Positions 56,184-64,000 of a stretch of DNA of 64,000 bases are shown one piece after another. Both the position numbers and the translations under genes were made by a program. Each line of letters begins with the position of its first letter. Position 1 is the first letter of the stretch. The DNA comes from a virus. The notes below the pieces were generated by a model. It saw only the letters and a program-made list of their open reading frames with translations, was not told the DNA's origin and ran no database searches. Location: the IMG/VR virus record IMGVR_UViG_3300017917_002228, positions 1-64,000 of that record; one strand, written 5' to 3'.

Positions 56184-56234
56184 ATGTGGCCTTACAACGA
56201 AGAAGAGCTTGAGATAATTAACAAAGGTTGTTAA
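56184..56234 (+). CDS. 16-aa micro-ORF MWPYNEEELEIINKGC
   Basis: AGGAG RBS 6 nt upstream; followed by a terminator. Confidence 0.45.
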   Translation: MWPYNEEELEIINKGC

Positions 56235-56237
56235 TAT

Positions 56238-56266
56238 AAGGGGGTAGAGATGCCCCCTTTCTCTTT
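56238..56266 (+). terminator. Terminator closing the hsp20 cassette
   Basis: aagggggta-gaga-tgccccctt-tctcttt. Confidence 0.8.
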
Positions 56267-56275
56267 AGGTGAACA

Positions 56276-56464
56276 ATGAGTGATGACTTTAAAGATATTC
56301 CTATTCTAGATGTTGACTATCATCTCCGTGAATATGATCGAGAAGATATAGTTGTGCGGCTAGGTAATGTAGGTGGCTTTGATGAGTTAGCTGAGCTGTG
56401 TAGTGAAGCACGAAGTGAAATTATCAGGTTACGTGAGCAGATTAAACAATTGGTACAGCAATGA
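56276..56464 (+). CDS. Hypothetical protein
   Basis: DIVVRL...EARSEIIRLR; ATGA overlap with gp43. Confidence 0.65.
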   Translation: MSDDFKDIPILDVDYHLREYDREDIVVRLGNVGGFDELAELCSEARSEIIRLREQIKQLVQQ

Positions 56465-58980
56465 AGTTTTATACTAACGTCACACTTAAAGGAAATAATA
56501 TTCTGCTACGCGGCTATGAGAATGGCCAGCGAGTGCAGCATACCATTCCTTACAGACCTTATCTCTTTATTCATTCTAAGAGCGGCGATTCAGTTTACCG
56601 TAACCTTAAAGGTAAAGGTGTTGATCGTATGGATTTTGACTCACCATCTGATGCTCGTGATTTTGTAAAACGTCATGGTGGAGTAGAAGGTCTTACTATT
56701 TACGGTTTGACTAACTGGGTATATACTTTTATCAACGATTACTATCCTGGTGAAATTGATTATGATCCTTCTCTTATCTCAAAAGTAAATATCGATATCG
56801 AAGTCGCGGCTGATGAAGGCTTTCCTAACATTCAGACCGCCGATAAAGAAATTACTGCTATCACGATGAAGAAGAATGACATGTATGTAGTTCTTGGTTG
56901 TGGTGAGTTTACAACAGACGATCCTAAAGTAAAGTATGTTCGTTGTGCTGATGAAGCAGAACTGCTTATGAAGTTTCTAGATGTATGGAGAAGTAAATGG
57001 CTATCTCCTGATCTAGTAACAGGATGGAACGTAGAGTTCTTCGATATTCCTTACATCGTGAACCGCATTACTCGTGTGCTTGGTGGTCGGATGGCTAAGA
57101 AACTCTCTCCGTGGGAAATCCTGGAAGAAAGAAAGATCGTCATTGCCGGTCGCGAGAACCAAGTTTATATTCCTGCAGGCATTTCTATTCTAGACTATAT
57201 GCAGATGTATAAGAAGTTTACCTTTACTATGCAGGAGTCTTATCGTCTTGACCATATTGCCAACATCGAGCTCGGTGAACGTAAACTCGATTACTCAGAA
57301 TACGATAACCTGTTTGACCTCTATAAGAAAAACTATCAGCTATTCATCGAGTATAACATCAAGGACGTTGACCTCGTAGACCGTCTAGACGAAAAGCTAA
57401 AACTAATCGAACAAGTATTTGCTATCGCATATGATGGTAAAGTCAACTATCAAGATACCTTTACATCGGTGCGTATGTGGGATGTTATTATTCATAACTA
57501 TCTTCTTAACCAACGTATTGTTGTTCCTCAATTTAACGGCAATATTAAAGATAGACAGATCATTGGTGCATATGTTAAGGATCCTCAGGTCGGTATACAT
57601 AAGTGGGTCGTATCTTTTGACTTGAATTCTCTCTATCCTCATCTCATTATGCAGTATAATATCTCACCAGAGACTTATACCGGTCACGTATCTGCAATTA
57701 ATGGTGATGATGGTGTAGAGAAGATCTTGAATGGTTATCTAAACGAACCATCTATTCGTAATCAGCTTGTATCACAGAACGTAACTGTAGCTGCTAGCGG
57801 ATGTATGTTTGATAAAGACTATCAAGGCTTCCTTCCTAAGCTTATGCAGCGTATGTATGATGACCGTGTTGTCTATAAACAACGCATGCTTGAAGCAAAG
57901 CAGGCTCAAGAAGATAATCCTTCTGAGGAAAATATTAAAGCAATTGCACGTAACCATAACATGCAGCTTGCTAAGAAGATTCAGCTTAACTCAGCATATG
58001 GTGCATTGTCTAACCAATACTTTCGCTGGTTTGATAATAAACTTGCCGAGTCGATTACTCTTTCCGGTCAGCTTTCCATTAAGTGGATGGAGCGTGAGAT
58101 GAATAAATATCTCAATAAGCTGCTTAAAACGGAAGGTGTAGATTATGTCCTGGCATGCGATACGGATTCTATGTACATTACGCTTGACGCTCTGGTCAAT
58201 CAACTCCCTAACAAGAGCCTTGAAACTTCAGAGATCGTCAAAATCGTTGACAAATTCTGCGTTAATAAGCTTGAACCGTATATTGATGCGTGTTACGGAC
58301 AGCTTAGCGAATATGTTAACGCCTACGACCAAAAAATGAAGATGAAGCGAGAAGCAATCGCTGATAAAGGTATTTGGACTGCCAAGAAAAGATATATACT
58401 CAACGTATGGAACAATGAAGGAGTTTCATACAACGAACCTAAGCTAAAGATGATGGGCATCGAAGCTGTTCGTTCCTCCACTCCAGCATCCTGTCGCGAT
58501 AACATTAAAAAGTGTATTAATGTGATCATGAATAAAGACGAAGATGCAACAATAGAGTTTATTGAAAACTTTAGAAAAGAATTCTCTAAACTTCCTTTCG
58601 AGGAGGTAGCGTTTCCTCGTGGCTGTAAGAGCTTAATGGAATATGCTGATCGTGATAACATTTATAGAAAAGCTACTCCTATTCATGTAAGAGGTGCTCT
58701 TCTCTATAACAAACTGCTCAAGGATAAGCAACTAGATAAACGTTTCCCGCTTATTCAAGACGGTGATAAAATTAAGTTCTGTTATCTTCGTCTACCTAAC
58801 CCTATTAGGGAAAATGTTATCGCGTGTCCTAACACGCTACCAAGGCAATTAGGTATTGATCAGTATATTGATTATGAGCTACAATACGATAAAGCTTTCG
58901 TTGAGCCGATCAGAACCATTCTAGATGCTATTGGTTGGCAAGTTGAAAAAACGGCTACATTGGATCAATGGTTCGCATAA
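56461..58980 (+). CDS. gp43: Family B DNA polymerase gp43
   Basis: DIEV; GWNVEFFD; SFDLNSLYP; KIQLNSAYG; CDTDS; KKRY. Confidence 0.98.
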   Translation: MKFYTNVTLKGNNILLRGYENGQRVQHTIPYRPYLFIHSKSGDSVYRNLKGKGVDRMDFDSPSDARDFVKRHGGVEGLTIYGLTNWVYTFINDYYPGEIDYDPSLISKVNIDIEVAADEGFPNIQTADKEITAITMKKNDMYVVLGCGEFTTDDPKVKYVRCADEAELLMKFLDVWRSKWLSPDLVTGWNVEFFDIPYIVNRITRVLGGRMAKKLSPWEILEERKIVIAGRENQVYIPAGISILDYMQMYKKFTFTMQESYRLDHIANIELGERKLDYSEYDNLFDLYKKNYQLFIEYNIKDVDLVDRLDEKLKLIEQVFAIAYDGKVNYQDTFTSVRMWDVIIHNYLLNQRIVVPQFNGNIKDRQIIGAYVKDPQVGIHKWVVSFDLNSLYPHLIMQYNISPETYTGHVSAINGDDGVEKILNGYLNEPSIRNQLVSQNVTVAASGCMFDKDYQGFLPKLMQRMYDDRVVYKQRMLEAKQAQEDNPSEENIKAIARNHNMQLAKKIQLNSAYGALSNQYFRWFDNKLAESITLSGQLSIKWMEREMNKYLNKLLKTEGVDYVLACDTDSMYITLDALVNQLPNKSLETSEIVKIVDKFCVNKLEPYIDACYGQLSEYVNAYDQKMKMKREAIADKGIWTAKKRYILNVWNNEGVSYNEPKLKMMGIEAVRSSTPASCRDNIKKCINVIMNKDEDATIEFIENFRKEFSKLPFEEVAFPRGCKSLMEYADRDNIYRKATPIHVRGALLYNKLLKDKQLDKRFPLIQDGDKIKFCYLRLPNPIRENVIACPNTLPRQLGIDQYIDYELQYDKAFVEPIRTILDAIGWQVEKTATLDQWFA

Positions 58981-58994
58981 GGAAAAAAATAGTC

Positions 58995-59288
58995 ATGAGA
59001 GAGCAAGTTAAACCAGAAGTAACTTTTGATTTCGGCTTCTCTGCTGTATCAGAAGATGAACTAAAAGAGTATGAGCGTCAACAGATTGATGAGCTTGCCA
59101 AGCGTTCATCATCAGTAACTCAAGAAGCTCTTGTTTATAAAAATCGTCTAGAGACAATGTATAAGATGATTCTGCCTCTTCTTGTATCTTTGCAAAAAGA
59201 TCCTCAGAAAGAATATATTTTGTGGCCAAACCGTGAAGCTAAAATTAGAGAGTTTAAACAGAAGTTAGATCAATTAGTAAATGATTAA
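58995..59288 (+). CDS. Hypothetical protein
   Basis: FDFGFSAV; NP/DP.KEYILWPNR-type motif. Confidence 0.7.
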   Translation: MREQVKPEVTFDFGFSAVSEDELKEYERQQIDELAKRSSSVTQEALVYKNRLETMYKMILPLLVSLQKDPQKEYILWPNREAKIREFKQKLDQLVND

Positions 59289-60165
59289 CCTATTAGCTTT
59301 ACTTACCGCGCTCGGTATATCAGCCGTTGCCGCTTACTATTCTATTATTGGACTAACAACCATCTTTGCAGGTGCATTTTATCCTATCCTTATTATGGGT
59401 AGTGCACTTGAGATTGGTAAGCTTGTAACTATTTCCTGGCTGTATAGAAACTGGCATAAGATTTCTTTTGGTGTTAAATCTTATCTCAGTGTATGTGTAT
59501 TCATTCTGATGTTCATTACCTCTATGGGCATCTTTGGGTTTCTATCAAAGTCCCATATTGAACAGACAATGAACATTGCTAATTCACAATCAGGTCAGAT
59601 AGAAGTTATCAATCAGCAAATTGAACTTAACTCTACTAAAGTTGTTGATCTCGATAAGCAGATAGTAAACATTGACGGTGCTATTAGTAAACTGCTCGAG
59701 AAAGGTCAGGCACAGACTTCTCTTCGTGCAGCTGATCAACAAAGAAAGAATAGAGATGCTCTCGTTAAACAAAGAGACCAACTTAATAATACTCTTGCTG
59801 ATTTAAAAACTCAGAAGATCAAACAAGAAATAGAAATTAAAAAACTAGAAGCTGAAGTTGGTCCTCTTAAGTATATCGCAGAACTAATATATGGGAAAGA
59901 TGATGCGAAATCTCATTTTGATAGTGCTGTACGCCTTGTCATTATCATTCTTATTCTGGTATTCGATCCTCTGGCCGTAGTGCTCCTACTTGGTATTAAC
60001 CAAGTTACAACCAGAAAAGAAGAGCAAGTTGAAACATTATATGTAGAGCAACCAGTTATAAAAAGAGGTCGACCTCCTAAAGAAAAAGAAGATGTGCAGT
60101 TGCAAAGTGCAAAGAGAAAGTCTACAATAGAGATTGATAGGGATAGTATCTTCGAAATTAAGTAA
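59281..60165 (+). CDS. Membrane protein with coiled coil
   Basis: Three N-terminal TM helices, coiled coil, EVGPLKYIAE, C-terminal TM. Confidence 0.75.
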   Translation: MINLLALLTALGISAVAAYYSIIGLTTIFAGAFYPILIMGSALEIGKLVTISWLYRNWHKISFGVKSYLSVCVFILMFITSMGIFGFLSKSHIEQTMNIANSQSGQIEVINQQIELNSTKVVDLDKQIVNIDGAISKLLEKGQAQTSLRAADQQRKNRDALVKQRDQLNNTLADLKTQKIKQEIEIKKLEAEVGPLKYIAELIYGKDDAKSHFDSAVRLVIIILILVFDPLAVVLLLGINQVTTRKEEQVETLYVEQPVIKRGRPPKEKEDVQLQSAKRKSTIEIDRDSIFEIK

Positions 60166-60176
60166 AGGGTTATATT

Positions 60177-61223
60177 ATGTCATTGGTGAATCGACTTCTT
60201 AAGAATTCTACAATCAAAGAAGCAGCAGTGCTGTCTGAGTCTAAGATCTACAGCACTAAAGATATGGTTACTACTAACGTTCCAATGGTGAACGTTGCAC
60301 TCTCAGGTCGTGTTGATGGTGGACTGACTCCTGGACTTACAGTCTTGGCTGGTCCATCTAAACACTTTAAGTCGGCCTTTTCTCTCCTTATGGCATCGGC
60401 TTATCTGAAACAGTACCCTGAGAGTGTTCTTCTATTCTACGATTCAGAGTTTGGTACTCCTCAAGGTTACTTTGAGTCGTTCGGTATTGATATGGACCGA
60501 GTTGTTCATACTCCTATTACCGATATCGAACAGCTTAAGTTTGATATTATGAAACAGCTTGGTGAACTTGAACGTTCAGATAAAGTTGTTATCGTAATCG
60601 ACTCTGTTGGTAACTTGGCTTCTAAGAAAGAAGTCGAGGATGCCGAAAACCAGAAGTCAGTTGCTGACATGAGCCGTGCAAAGAGTCTTAAGTCACTCTT
60701 CCGTATGGTTACACCTCATCTCACTCTCAAAGATATTCCGCTCATTGTTGTTAATCACACTTATATGGAAATCGGGATGTTCCCGAAGGCTATTGTAGGT
60801 GGTGGTACGGGCATTTATTATTCTGCAGATACGATCTGGATTCTAGGACGTCAGCAGGATAAGGATGGTGGTGAGATCGCTGGTTACCACTTTATTATTA
60901 ACGTGGAGAAGAGTCGTTTTGTCAAAGAGAAAGCAAAGATTCCTATTACAGTTTCTTACGAAGGTGGAATTAATCGATGGAGTGGTTTGCTTGATATTGC
61001 TCTCGACGGCGGTTATATTGCTAAGCCTTCCAACGGATGGTATCAAGTCGTCGACAAAGCAACAGGTGAACTTGTTGGAAGCAAGATGCGGGCTGCTGAC
61101 GTCGAAAATAACGGGCCCTTCTGGAAAAAGCTTTTGACAGAAACTGATCTTGCAGACTTTATCAAGAACAAGTATTCTCTAGTAAGTGGTGGTTCTTTGG
61201 TAAGTGAAGATGAGGATGATTGA
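60177..61223 (+). CDS. uvsX: RecA-like recombinase UvsX
   Basis: AGPSKHFKS; YDSEFG; IDSVGNLASKKE. Confidence 0.96.
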   Translation: MSLVNRLLKNSTIKEAAVLSESKIYSTKDMVTTNVPMVNVALSGRVDGGLTPGLTVLAGPSKHFKSAFSLLMASAYLKQYPESVLLFYDSEFGTPQGYFESFGIDMDRVVHTPITDIEQLKFDIMKQLGELERSDKVVIVIDSVGNLASKKEVEDAENQKSVADMSRAKSLKSLFRMVTPHLTLKDIPLIVVNHTYMEIGMFPKAIVGGGTGIYYSADTIWILGRQQDKDGGEIAGYHFIINVEKSRFVKEKAKIPITVSYEGGINRWSGLLDIALDGGYIAKPSNGWYQVVDKATGELVGSKMRAADVENNGPFWKKLLTETDLADFIKNKYSLVSGGSLVSEDEDD

Positions 61224-62266
61224 TGACTAAACGTGTCTTAATTACTGGCGGTGCAGGATTTATTGGACATCACATCATAGATTTGTTGTTACAAAAAACT
61301 GATTGGGAAATTGTTTCTTTAGATCGTTTAGATTATTCTGGTAATTTAAATAGACTTGATGATGTTGTAAGAAAATATCCAGCTGATCAGCGTAAACGAT
61401 TAAAAATTGTATGGCATGATCTAAAAGCTGAAATTCAAAATCTTACAGCAAACATGATCGGCGATATTAATATAATTCTTCATGTTGCAGCTGCATCACA
61501 TGTTGATCGTTCGATATCTTATCCTATGGAATTTTTAATGGATAACACAGTCGGGACAGTCAATACTCTTAATTTTGCACGCAGATTTAAAAATCTTGAG
61601 CGTTTTGTTTACTTCTCAACAGATGAAGTTTTTGGTATTGCTCCTAATGATGTTGCTTATCGCGAACGTGACCGATATAATTCAACAAATCCATATTCAG
61701 CTTCGAAAGCTGCTGCTGAGGAGTTTTGTGTTGCATATGAAAATACATACAAATTACCAATATTTATTACACATACAATGAATGTTTTTGGTGAACGTCA
61801 ACACTCAGAAAAATTTATTCCTATGTCTATTCGTAAGATCAGGAATGGTGAAACAATACAAATTCATTCAGACCCAACAAAAACAATTCCTGGATCACGT
61901 TTTTATATTCACGCAAAAGATGTTGCTGATGCTTTGTATTTTATACTACATCTAAACGAAGAACAGCTTAAAAAGGTTTACGTGCCTGATTATGGTGGTG
62001 CAAAATGTCCAAAGTTTAATATTGTTGGTAAAGAAGAAATTAATAATTTACAAATGGTTCAGTTGATCGCAAGCGCACAAAACAAAACAGCAAAATATGA
62101 AATGGTTGACTTTCACAGTTCTCGTCCAGGACATGATCTTCGATATGCATTATCTGGCGATTTTATGCGTGAACTTGGCTGGGAACCAAGACACAGTTTA
62201 AATGATCGTATAAAAGAAGTTGTAGAATGGTCCTTGGCAAATCCTGAGTGGATTGAAATTGCATAA
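61223..62266 (+). CDS. NDP-sugar 4,6-dehydratase (RmlB-like extended SDR)
   Basis: TGGAGFIG; SHVDRSI; STDEVFG; PYSASKA; RPGHDLRYA. Confidence 0.9.
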   Translation: MTKRVLITGGAGFIGHHIIDLLLQKTDWEIVSLDRLDYSGNLNRLDDVVRKYPADQRKRLKIVWHDLKAEIQNLTANMIGDINIILHVAAASHVDRSISYPMEFLMDNTVGTVNTLNFARRFKNLERFVYFSTDEVFGIAPNDVAYRERDRYNSTNPYSASKAAAEEFCVAYENTYKLPIFITHTMNVFGERQHSEKFIPMSIRKIRNGETIQIHSDPTKTIPGSRFYIHAKDVADALYFILHLNEEQLKKVYVPDYGGAKCPKFNIVGKEEINNLQMVQLIASAQNKTAKYEMVDFHSSRPGHDLRYALSGDFMRELGWEPRHSLNDRIKEVVEWSLANPEWIEIA

Positions 62267-62289
62267 CAAGTATAACCAGAGGTGAAGTG

Positions 62290-62496
62290 ATGAAAATATG
62301 GCACGTTCTTGAGAACGCAGAAGAAGTAAAAACAATGCTTGATGGCAAGAAGTATGAAATGGGTGGAGTCACTACACACCCTGTTACATTTGCCCCTCAT
62401 GTTTATATCAAAGTAGAAAAATGGCGTGACGAGGAAGGTGGTGAAGTCGTGTTCATTGTTCCATTAGAGCTGGTGCAGCGAGATGTTAGTAACTGA
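62290..62496 (+). CDS. Hypothetical protein
   Basis: GAGGTG RBS. Confidence 0.55.
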   Translation: MKIWHVLENAEEVKTMLDGKKYEMGGVTTHPVTFAPHVYIKVEKWRDEEGGEVVFIVPLELVQRDVSN

Positions 62497-62689
62497 AGTA
62501 ACTCGCAATCGACTGTCTACTCGTCGCTTTCATCGCAACTTGAAGAAGCAGGGCTATCGACCAGTCGACGAGTTTGGCTGCGCTGTCATCTGGGAAATGT
62601 CCAGAGGCTCTATCACGAACCACAAGATCAAAGATGTTGTGATTGACATTGAAGGCAAGAGTCTGTGGGTTAAGACTGGAGTAGAGTGA
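62483..62689 (+). CDS. Hypothetical protein
   Basis: Operon packing. Confidence 0.5.
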   Translation: MLVTEVTRNRLSTRRFHRNLKKQGYRPVDEFGCAVIWEMSRGSITNHKIKDVVIDIEGKSLWVKTGVE

Positions 62690-62907
62690 TGGGTGATACT
62701 TGGCATATAATAATGGAACGTGATGCTTTATCTTCTATGTTAAAAGATGTTCAAAAAGAGTGTATAGAGTTGCGTCAAGAAAATGAGCTGCTGCGTAATT
62801 GGCTTATCAACATTAAAGGTGATGTTTTACATATCGCTGATAATTGCGATAGGCTTGCTGACGAAATTGAAAAGTTACTTATTGGAAAATTGGAGAATGA
62901 ACAATGA
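62689..62907 (+). CDS. Hypothetical coiled-coil protein
   Basis: GGAG RBS; TGATG coupling. Confidence 0.55.
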   Translation: MGDTWHIIMERDALSSMLKDVQKECIELRQENELLRNWLINIKGDVLHIADNCDRLADEIEKLLIGKLENEQ

Positions 62908-63194
62908 ATAAGCGTATTAGAGAATTGCTAATTGAGGAAACTTTAAATAACAATCCAATTGAACTTTCAACTTCGTTTTTTCTTATTGAAATTACTGATG
63001 ATAAAGGAACAAAGACTGTTGCACGCATTCCAACAGAGTTCTGTGAGAAGTTCGCTGAGGTAGTTATTCGAGAATGCACCAATAGAATTAGCAAATGGGG
63101 AACGGCTCACATCGATGATAATGGAAAAGTTCATCATGGTGAGATCGGTAAAGATATCGTTGAAGACATTAACAAACACTTTGGGATTGAGTGA
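62904..63194 (+). CDS. Hypothetical protein
   Basis: MNKRIREL...EKFAE..IREC...KHFGIE. Confidence 0.65.
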   Translation: MNKRIRELLIEETLNNNPIELSTSFFLIEITDDKGTKTVARIPTEFCEKFAEVVIRECTNRISKWGTAHIDDNGKVHHGEIGKDIVEDINKHFGIE

Positions 63195-63200
63195 TGCTGA

Positions 63201-64000
63201 ATGATTGAGAAGACAATACTATCTCATCTTATCTTTAATGAACCCTATGCACGTAAGGTTCTACCTTTTTTAAGAGAAGAGTACTTTCAGAATTTATCAG
63301 ACAAGACTGTCTATAAGCTTATTAACGATTATGTTAGTAAGTATAATGGTACTCCTACTCGCGAAGTTCTTCAGCTTGAGTTGAAGAACAAAGAAGGTAT
63401 TTCTGAGACAACATATAAAGAATCAAAAGACATTATTGATAACCTCTCTTCAGAGGAAAGTGACATTAACTGGTTGCTTGACTCTACAGAGAAGTTCTGT
63501 CAAGATAGGGCTATTTACAATGCAATTATGGCTTCGATTAAAATCCTGGATGATAAAAAAGGATCGGAGAGCACAGGAGCTATTCCCGGTCTGCTATCAG
63601 ACGCTCTCGGGGTTAGTTTTGATATTACTATCGGTCATGATTACTTTGATAATGCTGATAGCCGATATGATTTTTATCATCGGAGGGAGGAACATATTCC
63701 CTTTGACTTGGATTATTTCAATAAGATCACAAAAGGCGGTCTTGTTCGGAAAACTCTCAACGTTGCCTTGGCAGGTACGGGCGTTGGTAAATCTCTCTTT
63801 ATGTGTCATTGTGCTTCTTACAATCTTACCCAAGGTAAAAATGTACTTTATATAACTATGGAAATGGCAGAAGAGAAGATTGCAGAACGTATTGACGCAA
63901 ACCTTCTTAACGTAACAGTAGATGAGTTAGCTGTTCTACCTAAGGACGTCTATGATAAGAAAATTAACCGTGTGAAAGAGAAGACTGTTGGTAAGCTTAT
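63201..64000 (+). CDS. gp41: Replicative helicase gp41, 3'-truncated (not in ORF track)
   Basis: MIEKTILSHLIFNEPYARKVLPFL; GHDYF; ALAGTGVGKSLFMCH; TMEMAEEKIAERIDAN. Confidence 0.95.
   Translation, partial: MIEKTILSHLIFNEPYARKVLPFLREEYFQNLSDKTVYKLINDYVSKYNGTPTREVLQLELKNKEGISETTYKESKDIIDNLSSEESDINWLLDSTEKFCQDRAIYNAIMASIKILDDKKGSESTGAIPGLLSDALGVSFDITIGHDYFDNADSRYDFYHRREEHIPFDLDYFNKITKGGLVRKTLNVALAGTGVGKSLFMCHCASYNLTQGKNVLYITMEMAEEKIAERIDANLLNVTVDELAVLPKDVYDKKINRVKEKTVGKL

Noticed and set aside
16683-58980. Introns or inteins in gp17, gp20, gp23, gp46 or gp43
   Set aside because: ORFs are continuous and of ordinary length for T4-like homologues
63436-63855. 139-aa plus-strand ORF and the 63597 minus-strand ORF
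   Set aside because: Out-of-frame overlaps of the gp41 helicase that starts at 63201
1-64000. Stop-codon reassignment
   Set aside because: Core genes are full length in the standard code, all three stops are used, and no suppressor tRNA is present

Overview
A 64-kb segment of a large AT-rich T4-like myophage genome, probably infecting an alphaproteobacterium (tRNA-His lacks G-1 and has U72/A73; also DUF1127, a ROSE-like hsp20 leader and a BA14K-like gene). Order: (1) 1-13.3 kb, collagen-like and Gly-rich tail fibres, GH19 lysin and PAAR. (2) 13.3-29.1 kb, T4 morphogenesis core gp13-gp23, with a 2OG-Fe(II) oxygenase between the terminase subunits and two long modular prohead proteins. (3) 29.2-34.2 kb, divergent early region and a six-tRNA cluster interleaved with unexplained structured RNAs. 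(4) gp3, uvsY, uvsW, gp55, gp47, gp46. (5) 41.4-48.1 kb, 7-deazaguanine DNA-modification operon: queE, queD, folE, DpdA-like, PurN-like formyltransferase, DUF3310, queF, queC, a stand-alone glutamine amidotransferase and an embedded nuclease-like cassette. (6) dcd, glycosyltransferase, gp45/44/62, regA, a tRNA-Ile2 nested in an ORF, holin, hsp20 cassette, gp43, uvsX, an RmlB-like dehydratase and the 5' part of gp41. Best novelty candidates: the ~160-nt pseudoknot/kissing-loop RNA and neighbouring RNAs in the tRNA cluster; the extended deazaguanine operon with its nuclease cassette and riboswitch-like leader; the putatively protease-processed capsid polyproteins; and the tRNA-in-ORF locus. All calls come from motif recognition by eye; no searches or folding programs were run.
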